NCBI GenBank assembly: GCA_951406725.2
Contig: OX597814.1
Location: forward strand, 223,882,001-223,946,000
Source of the DNA: Octopus vulgaris
Taxonomy: Eukaryota
Length of the DNA stretch: 64,000 nucleotides
Reading direction: 5' to 3'
A program made the position numbers and the translations under genes. Under the pieces are notes generated by a model. The model was not told the DNA's origin. It ran no database searches and worked only from the letters and a program-made list of their open reading frames with translations. Shown here piece by piece: positions 50,982 to 64,000 of the stretch. How positions within the stretch are numbered: position 1 is the first letter of the stretch; every line of letters begins with the position of its first letter.

Positions 50982-51366
50982 TCTATATATATATATATAT
51001 AAAGCTAAAGTTGTCTATGTGTGTGTGTGTGTGGGGCAGGTTTGGTAGCCTTCAACTAACACTAATCTCCTCAGAGACTCTGCGGCACAAGTTGACCAAA
51101 ATTGAGAGTATGATCTAAGAAGGCTTGCTCTTCATTCCGTAGAAGAAAGAATTCAAAATTTCAAATTGGACCATGTTAAGACCAAAAATTATTTACATCA
51201 AAAAGGTGCTTTTTTTCTATGAAGATCCCTATTTTTTTACAATTTTTTGACTGCTGTATCACCATTTTTCAGTATATTTCAACCAGAAAAATGTTCACTT
51301 AAAGGGAATAACAAGCTACATAATGCAAAATTTTTACTTTTCAAAAATTCCGGGCTATACTGCTAG
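50982..51366 (+). mobile_element. Non-autonomous Helitron, related family
   Basis: A|TCTATAT... 5' end and ...ccgggctatactgCTAG|T 3' end; interior differs from 35477-35889. Confidence 0.75.
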
Positions 51367-52702
51367 TGTTTATATATTTATAAAGGGAAAATAAAGCAAG
51401 TACAGTGACAAAAAGCATTCAGTGTATACTTCAAGAATGAATTTACATTGCAAGTCATAAAAGGGAAACAAATAATGAATAGACTATCACAAATGTGTAA
51501 GGCACAGGCTTAACATTCACACAGAGAGATTCTACACGTTAATATATCAGTGCATCAGGTACTGGCTCAGAATCCCAAGGCTATTGGTTTAGTTCCGTGA
51601 CAAAGTGGCCAGTTGCATCCTTGAGCAAGGCACTTCATTTCACACCATTCCAGTCTACTCAGCTGAAACTGAGTACTAACCTTAATTAGTGGAGGTGCAT
51701 GGCTTAGTGGTTAGGGTGTTGGACTCATCATCATAAGATTGTGGTTTCCATTCCTGGATCAGGCAATGCATTATATTCTTAAGCAAAACACCTCGTTTCA
51801 CATAGCTCCAGTCTACTCAGTTGACAAAAATGAGTAATCCTGCGATGGACTTGTGGACTGACCAGGTGGGGAATATATATGCCATGGAAACTGGCCCTTA
51901 TGAGAGTAACTTTACCTTTACCTTTTTACCAACCTTAAAGGTATTAGAGCCCCAGTTGCAACATCCTCAGCCTCCCTACTGCTGCTCAGTCAAGAAGTAG
52001 GAAGGCTGTGAGAGTACCTGTGTCTGCTCATGACTACACAGACACCTAAAACAATTAGTGATAGCATGGTACATACTAATTAGTAATACTTACAAGTGAT
52101 GGCTGTGGTTGCTGGTTAATTTTATAAGTGTAAATAATGTAAATTATCAACTTTAGCTGGTTAAATGTTTTAAATAAGTATTTGAACAGACCAGAACATC
52201 AGGTGATACACAAAACATTAAACAGATTCTACTTTGGAATTCAGTTATGTTAGCATAAAAACCAAAATAATTTGCCAGAATAATTATAGCTTATCATAGC
52301 CATATAGTTTTGATGACTTTCAGACAGATTATTGTAAACGTGCTAAAATGGATAAGATGAATTTTTTAAAATTTAGGTAGTTTATCAAATATTTCATTGC
52401 TTCCTTTCACTTATCTATGAAGCAAAAATGGTATTAAATGCAAGTAATGCAAATTGAAACAAACATAACATGTCTTATCTGGAGGTACAGCACCATACAT
52501 TAAATGAATTGGATCACTATCTTGCAACATGTCATCTGCCACCTTAGCCTGCCAGCAACCGTGTTATCTGCTTCTCCACCTATATGTGTGTATGTATGCG
52601 TGATTGTATAGTTATACAAGTTAATCTAGATAATATACATGCATAAATTGATAAATAATAGTCTTTTAGTTGCTAGCTATTAGAAAAAAACAACAAATAT
52701 AA

Positions 52703-53076
52703 ACAAGGGCACTCAGAGAGAGCAAACTTTTGCCAAGGCAACACTGTCCTCTCAACGATTAGCCAGAGATGATTTTTAAAATGAGAATATCCGAAATAAA
52801 CTCGACAGCTCTCAAAAACAAGAATACTAAAAATGAAGCCGACCACTCTCAAGGATTAGGTAAAAAAAAAACAGGAAAAATAATCCAGAATCCTTGTCCG
52901 GTTGTGGATTGATCCCAAAATCTAATCAGTTTGTGCCAGTCATGAGGCCAAACATCCCTCAAAGTTTCATCCGAGTCCATCCAGCAGTTCTTGAGATATC
53001 TTGTCCACAGACAACCCAACAAACAAACAAATATGACTGAAAACAATACCTCCACCTTCGTTAAGGTGGAGGTAAT
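52703..53076 (-). mobile_element. Helitron/Helentron-type non-autonomous element
   Basis: Terminal hairpin tacctccacctt-cgtt-aaggtggaggta and a ctctctgagtgc end, as in HINE-like elements. Confidence 0.55.
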
Positions 53077-55189
53077 AACAATTAGTTACTTGCTAACCAC
53101 TACAGAAATTATTATTAGTCACACATTTAAATATACCTGATACCAAAGTAAAATATAATTAAGAGACTAATAAACTTAGAAGCTGTAGATGACACCTATC
53201 TGCAGTAGAAATATAAACAGCAGACCATTAGAAAAATCAAACCTCAAAGATTTACCCAAAAACTAACTAGCAAGATTTGTAAGATTTTGGGGAGCACTGA
53301 TCCTTACTAATAAAGTTAGGTGTATAATACAATCAATAGAGTAAAGAATGTGTACAGATATAAAAGCTAGAGTGGAATGCTGGACACATATACGGACTAA
53401 ATACAGTTGTAGTTACATATACAACAGATTTGAGTAACACAACTATCATGATTTTATATAACTACTGTTTCAATAGCAAATTAAAATGTTTAAATTGATA
53501 GGTGGGCCAAGATGATAAGGTAGCAGGCATTCAAACTATTGGTTGATGTTTGTGTTCTACGCTGCTTCTGCAATTAACCCTTTAGCATTTAAACCAGCTA
53601 TATCTGGCCAAAATATTCAAACTGGCCAGATCTAATCTATTTCTTTACTACCTACAAGGGGCTAAACACAGAGAGGACAAACAAGGACAGACAAACGGAT
53701 TAAGTCGATTATATCGACCCCAGTGCGTAACTGGTACTTGATTTATCGACCCTGAAAGAGATGAAAGGCAAAGTCGACCTCGGCGGAATTTGAACTCAGA
53801 ACGTAACGGCAGATGACATACCACTAAGCATTTCGCCCAGCATGCTAACGATTCTTCTAGCTCTCCGCCCTAATCTGTCACACCTACCCTACACTGTTAT
53901 TCTAAAAATAGATGAGCACATCATCAAATTCTCAAAGCCATAAAATAAGGCATAATTAATTCAAAACAATGTGAATAAATAAGCATTGCATTTGACAAGA
54001 GTAACCTGAATACTAACGAGTTAAAACAATTTTATGCATCAATTAAAAAGACTGATATAATTATCTACTTCAAATGAAAGGAATACTGAACAGGAGCACT
54101 GTCAACTTAACAAGAGTACTTCAATAGGTTGCCATACCAAGTCCAACTCAGCCCCAAAGCAGAGCATCATTCTTCAGATGGAGGGTTCAGGAGTGACCCA
54201 GCAAGTTACTGCTGCAGAAATAATGTCAAAAGGTGGTGAGCCGGCAGAAACATTAACATGCTAGGCGAAATGCTTAGCAGTTTTTCGCCCGTCGCTATGT
54301 TCTGAGTTCAAATTCCAGCGACGGCGACTTTGCCTTTCATCCTTTCAGGGTCGATTAAATACGTACTAGTTACGTACTGGAGTCCATGTAATCGACTTAA
54401 TCCCTTTGTCTGTCCTTGTTTGTCTCCTCTATGTTTAGCCCCTTGTGGGCAAATAAAGAAATAAGAAATAATGTCAAAAGAAATTTTGTCAGGGTTGTAT
54501 GTTCCACAAAGTGTTTGGCGAGGAAGATAGAACGGAAACATAAAATAAATTGCAGGACACTTGCTGCTAAGTTACATCTGTTGAATATTAACCAAAACTG
54601 ATTGTATTTAAATGACCTAGCTTTACATTACACGCATATTTAACAGCTGTTTCCCAACAAAGAAACTTAGTAATTAAAACTTGCTTTATCATTAACTGTA
54701 CGAAGGTCCTTTAATTTGGTAATAAACAAACTATAATTCAAAATATTCAGGTTTATAGTTTGTATTTTCTTTAAATGTAAAGATTTTAATGTATTTTTTG
54801 AATTGTTGAGTATAAAATTATTTTAGAATATAGAATACAGTGTTACACTTAGAGAATAAAATCAACTTAAGCTTATCCTAAGTTCTTTACTGATAAATGC
54901 AATGGGAAATTGCAAAAAGTAAAAATGAAAACTGAATCAGAGAAAGATTTCATTTTGCCAGCAACCATTGTCTACTCTATCAGTTCATAAAGAACAAATT
55001 ACTATTCTATATAGTAGAGGAAGAAATAGTCTACAGGCTCTAGTTTATTACAAGTGTCTGTGTTAACAATTATAGAGAGATGAAAAGAAAAGGCAAGTAC
55101 GATAAACAAACTGCCTGTCCATCCACGATCTGTGCATATCCATCTAATCCTATCTGTCTACTATCTAATGTCTATATATCTCTCTTGTA

Positions 55190-55571
55190 CTCTCTCGTAC
55201 TTGTTTCAGTCTTTTGACTGCGGTCATGCTGGAGCACCACCTTTAGTCGAGCAAATCGACCCCGGAACTTATTCTTTGTAAGCCCAATCCTTATTCTATC
55301 GGTCTGTTTTGCCGAACCGCTAAGTGACGGGGACGTAAACACACCAGCATCGGTTGTCAAGCAATGCTAGGGAGACAAACACAGACACACAAACACACAC
55401 ACATACATATATATACATATATACGACAGGCTTCTTTCAGTTTCCGTCTACCAAATCCACTCACAAGGCATTGGTCGGCCCGGGGCTATAGCAGAAGACA
55501 CTTGCCCAAGACTGAACCCGGAACCATGTGGTTGGTTAGCAAGCTACTCACCACACAGCCACTCCTGCGCC
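55190..55571 (-). mobile_element. SINE family A copy
   Basis: Reverse complement of the family. Confidence 0.88.
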
Positions 55572-55640
55572 TATATATACATATATCAAATATAAATATA
55601 TCAAATACACTTATCAAGTATTCACTCTAAATTTACAGTA

Positions 55641-55674
<34 letters not shown>

Positions 55675-55813
55675 GTCACAAATAACAGTTTCATAACTTA
55701 AAACATGTATCCTACAATATATTCTACATGTTTTGTAGAATGATACATTAAGGACCTTTTTTTTTTATGAGTAATACTGGGTTACTTGAATCTATATACT
55801 GTCACTTAAATAA

Positions 55814-55851
<38 letters not shown>

Positions 55852-57372
55852 ATATATACACTAATTTACCATTGAGTATAATAAGGATTTCTAATGTTGA
55901 CACAAAGTCATTTTGAGAAAGGGAACAGTCAATTTATTGGTCCTATTATTTAACTGGTGAGTATCTAGTGAACCCTGGAAGGATAATAAATGAAATTAAA
56001 CTTGGCAGAATTTGAAACTACTATGTATAATAGAGAAATCTAGGCAGCTTAAGGTCATAGGATTAGTGTAGATTAAGTGGATAACAGCTCTAGAATTAGG
56101 AGTAGTAAGAGTATAAGAAGTAGAGACAAAGCAAAAATTCTGGGTTGAACTGGTCTTTACATATGAAAGAAATTAAATAAGATTTTATTTTTTTAAATAA
56201 TAAGACAGAGGCCATGTTTGTCAGATGGAATACAAACAAGAATATGAGATTCACATTTGAAACAGGCAAACTTTGTTAGCCATGTGTTGTTAATATGTTG
56301 ATTTATAGGGTCTTTAATATGGAAACTGGGATTCCAATGACGGATACAAAAGGACCCTTTATACATCAATCGATGTTGTGATAGTTTTCTGAAACAGAAA
56401 ACTCAAGTCTTTCTTGTTGATTTTGTTTGTTTTTTGTTGGGAGGGGGGGGGACAAACTTCAACTGTTTTAAATTTCTTTCAAGTTATTTCAAGTCAGCAA
56501 GGGAACATCTACGAAGTCATTCAAGCTGATAGAACTAGTAACCAAATCCTCATCAAACTATTCCCTACTGTTTTAAAAAGAAAAAAAAAACATATATATT
56601 GAAAAATTCCTTTCCTAAAAAACCTTTTTATAGACAGTGAAGAATCAAAATAGAACAACAAACACACCAACATGACCACAAGTGACTTCAACCTGTTTTC
56701 ATATAAACAAGTTCTTTACCAACATTTCAAACATAATCAAACAATGGATAAATTCAAAACAAACAAAAATAATCCGTAAAGACTGTAATGGCTAGATAAG
56801 ATTGATTAAATTTTTTGACAAGTGAAGAATTTCAAACATTCTTATCAAATTCTAATAAATAATAGTCTTAAGTAGAAGAAAAAAATAAAGGATCTGGCAA
56901 GTCTTATTAGATAGAATAAAAGTTGGGAAAAAAGCCAGATTATTTACAATGCACATATATTTTGGAGCATGGTGCTTCAGATTAAAATCTTAAAGGTTGA
57001 ATTTTGCCATGTTTCATTAGGCCATCTGGAGCTGATTAAATAGATTCCGCAAAGGTTAACACTAATTACTGTGTACTAATCATGTTACGAAGCATAAATA
57101 GTATACAAAAACAATATGGCCAGAATTTGTAATTTCCTTTCTTTTTTCCCATTTTATACCTTTTAATGACTGGGTTTAGAAGAAGGGACAATGCCCCAGA
57201 ACATTGTCTCTTCTAATTTACTAAATTTCTAAATTAATGAAATCAATACTTGAGCCTTTGTTAAGTCTATACCTGCTGAAAAAAATATGAGTAGAGAGAG
57301 AATTCAAGGGGACTGATGTTTTGAGAAGGAAAGACTAGGTATAGTGATTAGTGTTGGGGGAGAGATTTTTAA

Positions 57373-57590
57373 CCCCTTCGTTACTGCATTTATTTTGAGA
57401 TGCTCTGTGTTTCTTTCAATTATTTTAAATATAACAAAGAATTTAGTAAAATAACTTGGTTATTATTAAGCCAGTGTTAGGGACATAAATTGTGACTAAG
57501 GTTTGGTGGAAGATTTTAATTCAAAACTTGTGAAAACAAGACATTTGTACTGAGAGCCAGAGCCAGTTTCAGCCGGGTTGGTACGAATGG
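57373..57590. mobile_element. piggyBac-type MITE copy
   Basis: Same family as 40619-40839, TTAA-flanked, slightly decayed TIRs. Confidence 0.85.
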
Positions 57591-58657
57591 TTAAATACAA
57601 GGCCAAGTGGGAGAGGAATACCTGAGTGGAGTGGTGGCCACATAGAAGGAGTAGAAGCAGTGGAGTATCACAAGAATATCTCCTTTCCACCCACCTTCAC
57701 AGATTTCCAGTGCAAAATACACAACCGCTTATGCAGATGGCCTCAGACTCACATCTTTCACCAGCACTCTCTGTGCACGGCTGCACACTGTAACTCTATA
57801 AATCACCAAGCACTCTTGCTCCAAAATAACAGACTTAAATAACCAAAGGACAAGGTAGAGGTTAAAAATAGCAGCCAAATCTTCCTCAAATCATGTCCAC
57901 TATAGTAGTGATCGAAATTGTAGAAAGAGAGATTGGATTTTTGTGGGCCAGGGATTGGGGTGTGTTAGTGAGCAAATTTATATAAGTTGACTAGTCATTC
58001 TTTTAAACTTTTAGTATTTAAACTGGCGACATCAAGCCAAAATATTCTGTTTTATGTTCAGAATGGTCAGATCCAGCCTCTTACACATAACCTACAATGT
58101 CATTCTAAAGATAAGCAATCAGATTTTCAAAATCTCAAAGCTATATAGTAATGTATGATTTATACAAACTGATGTGAATAAATAAGTAATGCATTTGACA
58201 GAGTAATCTTAATGTAAAAGGGTTAACTCAGTCTAAGACTGCAACTATAAACAAGTCTGAGACCCCCTTCAGTCACGACACAGACCATGGGATTGCACCT
58301 AGAAAGTTACCCTCCCAGGCACAAGTCCGAACAAGTTTGTTTATGGAAGACCAGCAGTCGCCCATGCATACCGGCCTCCCCTCTCCACGCCACCAGTGTT
58401 ATCCAAGGGAAAGGCAATGGTAACTTTTTTTTTAAATCATAGACTCATCGTAGACGCGCGCTAATACCCAGAAGGGCTCAATATGAATCACGACTATAAG
58501 ATACCCGGTTTTGGTTACACTGCACCGCAAAATGTGGGAGTAGTTAGGAATCTAAATCGTAGGAGACAGACACACAACTTCACTTTTATATATAAAGATT
58601 AGTAAAGTATTAAGTTTCAGTTCTTATAAATAGGAGCTTTCTAAAAAGAAACCAATA

Positions 58658-58895
58658 TAGTTAGTTAGTTAATGTTTTGGCTCAAAAAGCAAAAAGCAAG
58701 GCCATGTAGGGGGACATGGAGTTATGTACAGGGTGGTGTTCATGTAAAGAGTTCAGGCCACTTGTGGTCAAGGGAGACTTTGAACCGAGCAGTCGTCGGC
58801 ATCTTCACCATCTCGTCCGGCAGCTTATTCCACGGATCCGCAACGCGGACGGAGAAAGCCCCTCTCCTTCGATTGAGATGTCAGAGTCGTGTTTT
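58658..58895 (-). mobile_element. CR1 LINE extreme 3' end, second family
   Basis: RRGAFSVRVADPWNKLPDEMVKMPTTARFKVSLD; (TAAC)n tail. Confidence 0.75.
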
Positions 58896-60566
58896 ACCTT
58901 GACATTGAATATTACTTTGATCTGCTATTCACAGTTACACACTTACAGAATAATTGTATGGAGCATTGTACAGGATGTTGCAGAAAATGTCATAAAAAGT
59001 TACCAACATTAACAACACTGAAGTTTACTAGTGTTACAACACCTTTTTCTTTCTTTCTTTTTTTTTTTACTGTTTAAAATGTACTTTTACAAACAATTTT
59101 GCAGCATTTTTATTTTAGACAAGAAGACATAAAACCCAGGTTATTCTTTAAAGCAACATTTAATATAAGATAATATGTGATCTTGAGATAGGTTTGATTA
59201 CTATTTCTAGCAGGTCAGACTCCCAAACAGGTCTCCCTTGCTGGCTTATGTACACATACAAATACACACACACACACACACACATAAGACAGAAAGGTGT
59301 GGGTTGAGGAAGATTTGGTTGCTATTTTTAGCATGTTTAGCTGCCAAGTAATGATTCACTTCTTGACACATGCATACACATACACACAATTTTAAGGTAG
59401 TAATTATTATTATTGGCAGATGAAACAGCAGAAGCCTTGCACCATAAGTTGGATACATTCCTGATAATCTGTTCTGATTAACTTCCAAGCAATAAAATAT
59501 TTTCAATCAATCTTTTATATTTTATCTTCTTTTAATTCATTTTAATGATCATCATTCATAATCATTACGAGCAGCAACTAGCCATAAATAACTACAGAAG
59601 CAACACTCAAATGGTTTGTAAGATGCATACACATGTATTTTGGGCATCCACCCATAGAAACCACACCAAAATAGACTATGGAACCTGGTGCAGCCCCTGA
59701 CCTTACCAGAACCAGTCAAGCCATCAAACCCATGTCAGCATGGAAAGTGGATGTTGAACGATGACCATGATATACACACACACAATTTGATCCTATATTT
59801 GATCCTATATACACAATACAAGGTAATACCCACAATCAAGAACTCTACATAGCATTATTGCAATTTCTTTGTTAACCCAGGTCTGTTGTTCAACATGACC
59901 ATGATCCCAGGGTCTCCAAGTTTTCATCATCCCTTCTTTGTGTTTCCAGGCCATATGGTGAGGTATGATCTGGCTGCTGTAGACGCTCACATAACTCATG
60001 TTATTCATATAGGATAGGACTCCCTTCGGTTATGAATGACCATGGGATTGCACCTAGAAAGCTCCTCTTCCAAGTAAGTTTGCTTATGGAAGACCAACAG
60101 TCAGCTTTGCATACCAACCTCCCCTCTCCATGCCACCAATGTTATCCAAGGGAAAGACCCAGTGATGTCGCAACTCATTTCTATCAATGAGAGAACTGGA
60201 GCAACATGAAATAAAGTGCTTTGCTCAAAAACACAACACACAGTCCGGTCCAGCAATTGCATAATTGTGAGCCCAGTGCTCTAACCAATGAGCTATGTGC
60301 CTTTATGTTGTTGTTCAAGGGAATATAGAAATATAGTTTATGGAACGAGTTTGGTTGAAGAAGCCACCAAAGGAAAGGAAAGCAACCAGTCTAACTCCTC
60401 AATTGGTGCAAGTCAGTACCAGATTCTTTGTAAAGGTTTACAGTGTTTACATTGCAAAAGGCATTCACAGGAAAGCGAGTATTTGTAGTAGTAGAAATTT
60501 CCTAACAATACATCAAAATTGTTTATACAACTAAAGTGTCTTACTCACATACATTATATATATATG

Positions 60567-60608
<42 letters not shown>

Positions 60609-60685
60609 TACATGTATGCATATATATATACATGTATACATATATATACATGTATACATATATATACATGTATACATATATATAC

Positions 60686-61362
60686 ATTCGCTGTATTTTG
60701 TCACGGAAAATATATCTCGCTTGTTGACAAATAGCGTATATCCACCTAGATCAGCTCGCAGAGCCATCTACTCAGACAGTGAAATGTTAACATTTCAGAA
60801 TAGTTACCTCCTCATTGGTCACAGACACTAAGCAGATGACACTACAAGCTAAATTAAGAGATTGACTCTCTTGTGCTTTTCCAGTCATCGTACGGTGATT
60901 GGTAGCGCAATATGGTGACTCACAGTGAGTAAATTATGGAGGGGGAGCGCTAAGCAATGATAAGTGAAATTACAATGTTATTATCAGTCTGAATATGCTC
61001 AATGCATGTTCGAACTGGGGAACAAGCTACTCACCGTGTTTTGTCACGGAGAATATGTCTCACTTGTTGACAAATAGTGTGCATACTCCTAGATCAGCTT
61101 GCAGTGCCACCTACCCAGACTGTGAGCTGTTAACATTTCAGAGTAGTTGTCTCCTCTTTGGTCACAGACACTAGGCAGGCAGCGCTAGGAGCTGATTGAC
61201 GAAATTACTTCTCTGATGCTTTTCCAGTCATCGTATGGTGACAGGCAGAACTATATGGTGGCTCAGCAGAAGAAAATTACAGAGTGGGGAGTGTTATGCA
61301 GTGCTAAGTGAAATTGCAATATTATTATCAGTTTGAATATGCTCAATACATGTTCAAACTGG
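60686..61362. repeat. Diverged direct tandem duplication, ~344-bp period
   Basis: ttttgtcacgga...ttgttgacaaatag...ggtcacagacacta...catgttc(g/a)aactgg occurs twice. Confidence 0.9.
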
Positions 61363-63270
61363 TTAGAGAACAAAGGGTAGTATCCATGATCCTATATATT
61401 TTAGAGGGGTCCCAAGACTTGTAGGAGAAAAGGAAGGAGTTATCCTGAAATTAAAACTCTGACACAGACATTTGCAACAAAGTGAATTCAGATTAAGGCA
61501 CCCAAGAACCAGATTCTTGTGTGCCTTTTAGCAGGATTCATGAAGAACTGGAAAAATACAAGACATCTTGTCTAATACTCTAATAATCCTGCATATCCAC
61601 CAATCTGGACTGGCATGTAATTTTACCGACTCCGCAAACTTGATCCGAGCAGGATTTGAACCCAGAACACAGAAGACTGAAACAAATACCACAAGGCATT
61701 TTGTCATGAAATCTATTTACACTGCTAATTCATGCATATTACTTTGCACAAGTTTTGCTTTAACCCTTTAGTATTCAGGCCCAAATCGTCTATCTGTTGT
61801 TTTATGTTCAAACCAGCTAGATCTGGCATCTCACACCTAGCCTACAATGTCATTCTAAAAATAAAAAAATCTCATCACTGAAATCTCAAAGTTTCAAGAT
61901 AATGCATGATTAATTCAAAGCAACATGAATAAATAATCAATGCACTTAACAGAGAAGTCAGAACACTAACGAGTTACAATAGCCTTTAGTTGACCACAAT
62001 CCTTGAATGAAACTAGGGATGTTGAAACTCAGCAGAAACTTATCACACAGTACCTGTTGAAGGTGTGGTGATTGTGGGCATGGGCGTGGGAACAGAGGGT
62101 GTAGGGGGTGCACTTGCACTCCCTGAAATTCTTGTGGTGTGCAAAAATCAAAATTTGCACCCCTACTTACTTTTCTCAGATTTAGAAAGCAGTGAGTAAA
62201 AGGTGATCTGTAAAAAGTACCTTGGATTAGGTTCCTTCTCAAAGAACAAAGAACATAAATAAATAAAACAAAAAACATGACCTTCTTTGTAAAAATTTTG
62301 GGGTCTGGGTTTGCACCCCTAAGCAAACTTCATTCCAGAGCCAGTGGTTGTGGAAGGACTTTTAATCAGTTATCCTGGTTTCATACCAGTAATTTGGCCC
62401 TTGGAACCTTTTAGTAGAGTTTACTCTGTTGCAAGTATTCTCACACAGTCTTAAGTCTGAGGTTAAAAAATTTAATATTTTGATACTCTGCTGCCTCACT
62501 TTTTTCACAACTAAGGCATCAAAAAGAAAAACGATAACTCTCACAATACAAAAAAATTCCAACAAATTATCTAAATCTATAAAACTATTCCAAACCTAGA
62601 AAGAAAAAGGAATGTTTATAACAGAATTAAATTTATGCAATGCAAAGATTTCTTTTATTTATATATGTATGTATATCATCATCATCATCATCATCGTTGT
62701 CGTCGTTTAACGTCCGCTTTCCATGCTAGCATGGGTTGGACGGTTTGACTGTGGGCTGGCGAACCAGATGGCTGCACCAGGCTCCAGTGTTGATCTGGCA
62801 GAATATATATATATATATATACATATCGGACGCTAAACGACGATGATGATGATGATGATGATGATGACATATACACACATATACATACATATATGCATAT
62901 ACACATACACACACATATACATACATATATGCATATACACATACATATATACATACACATATACACATACATATATATACATATATACATATATTCATAC
63001 ATACATATATAGAGAGAGAGACAGACAGACATATATATATATATAGAGAGAGAGAGAGGTAGTAATGGAGATAAACACAGTTAGGCTCAATATAAATATT
63101 GATATAATTTCATAGAGCACAAAAGATACAGAATAAAACAGGAAAACATGCAATTTTGTAACTCAAGAGTTGTTTCAGGAAGCCCAGATTTACATAGCAA
63201 TCATAATAATCATTCACTGTAGATGTGCAAAGTGTCATGGATATGTAATTGGTAAACAGTCAAATGAAAA

Positions 63271-63354
63271 AGCTCAGTCGGTAGAGCATCAGACTTTTAT
63301 ATACTGACCTTGGAGGTTATCTGAGGGTCGCAGGTTCGAGTCCCTCTGCGGGTG
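63271..63354 (+). pseudogene. tRNA-Lys(TTT) pseudogene with 19-nt intron; 5' acceptor strand missing
   Basis: agctcagtcggtagagcatcagacTTTTa [63300-63318] atctgagggtcgcaggttcgagtccctctgcgggtg; T-stem has mismatches. Confidence 0.85.
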
Positions 63355-63864
63355 TATGTATGTTCTACCTGACTGGCCCTCGTGCCGATGGTACGTAAAA
63401 GCACCCACTACACTCTCTGAGTGGTTGGCATTAGGAAGGGCATCCAGCTGTAGAAATTCTGCCAGATCAGATTTGAGTCTGGTGCAGCCATCTGGTTCAC
63501 CAGACTTCAGTCAAATCATCCAACCCATGCTAGCATGGAAAGCAGACATTAAACAATGATGATGATGAAGACATTACATTATATTTCTTTACTACCCACA
63601 AGGGGCTAAACATAGAAGGGACAAACGAGGACAGACAAACGGATTAAGTCGATTATATCGACCCCAGTGCGAAACTGGTACTTTATTTATCGACCCCGAA
63701 AGGATGAAAGGCAAAGTCGACCTCGGCGGAATTTGAACTCAGAACGTAATGACAGACGAAATACCGCGAAGCATTTCGCCCGGTGCGCTAACGTTTCTGC
63801 CAGCTCGCCGCCATTACATTATGTCTAGCAGCTACCGTCATCCAGAGAAGACTGGAAAATATGT

Positions 63865-63904
<40 letters not shown>

Positions 63905-63905
<1 letters not shown>

Positions 63906-64000
63906 GGGGAGTTCACGAAAAAAAGACAAAGACAGGTGGTGTACAAAACAAACAGATGTATTAGTATAACGATCAGGAATAGAAAAAGTCTGTTACATTT
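63905..64000 (-). mobile_element. Penelope pseudo-LTR-like fragment cut by the window edge
   Basis: Reverse complement resembles 21983-22080. Confidence 0.55.

Noticed and set aside
63271-63354. Functional tRNA-Lys gene
   Set aside because: The 5' acceptor strand is absent, the T-stem is mismatched and there is no poly-T terminator.
46788-64000. Laminin N-terminal (LN) exons or a nested gene
   Set aside because: No LN-like peptide or convincing spliced ORF was seen, so the region is treated as one intron of more than 17 kb. Small exons could have been missed.

Overview
AT-rich eukaryotic DNA, most likely from an octopus (inferred from the SINE/RTE repertoire and TA/CA microsatellites; not verifiable here). 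The window lies inside one large minus-strand gene, laminin subunit gamma (LAMC1-like). I traced 21 GT-AG exons from 46787 down to 1087 with matching phases (3493 nt, 1164 full codons), covering the LE/EGF repeats, the L4 domain, the nidogen-binding LE module and part of the coiled coil. The N-terminal LN exons and the C-terminus fall outside the window. Introns hold tRNA-derived SINEs, RTE/CR1/R4-like LINE fragments, Penelope remnants with minimal hammerhead ribozymes, a dead mariner, piggyBac/hAT/mariner MITEs, Helitron-type elements and tandem or inverted repeats. The best leads are a ~45-unit minisatellite built from an exon's own splice donor, a hammerhead with a swapped G3:C8 core pair, an intron-retaining tRNA-Lys joined to an RTE tail, a PHD finger inside an RTE reverse transcriptase, and a possible 13-nt microexon or recursive splice site. 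None is shown to be functional from sequence alone, and repeat boundaries are approximate.
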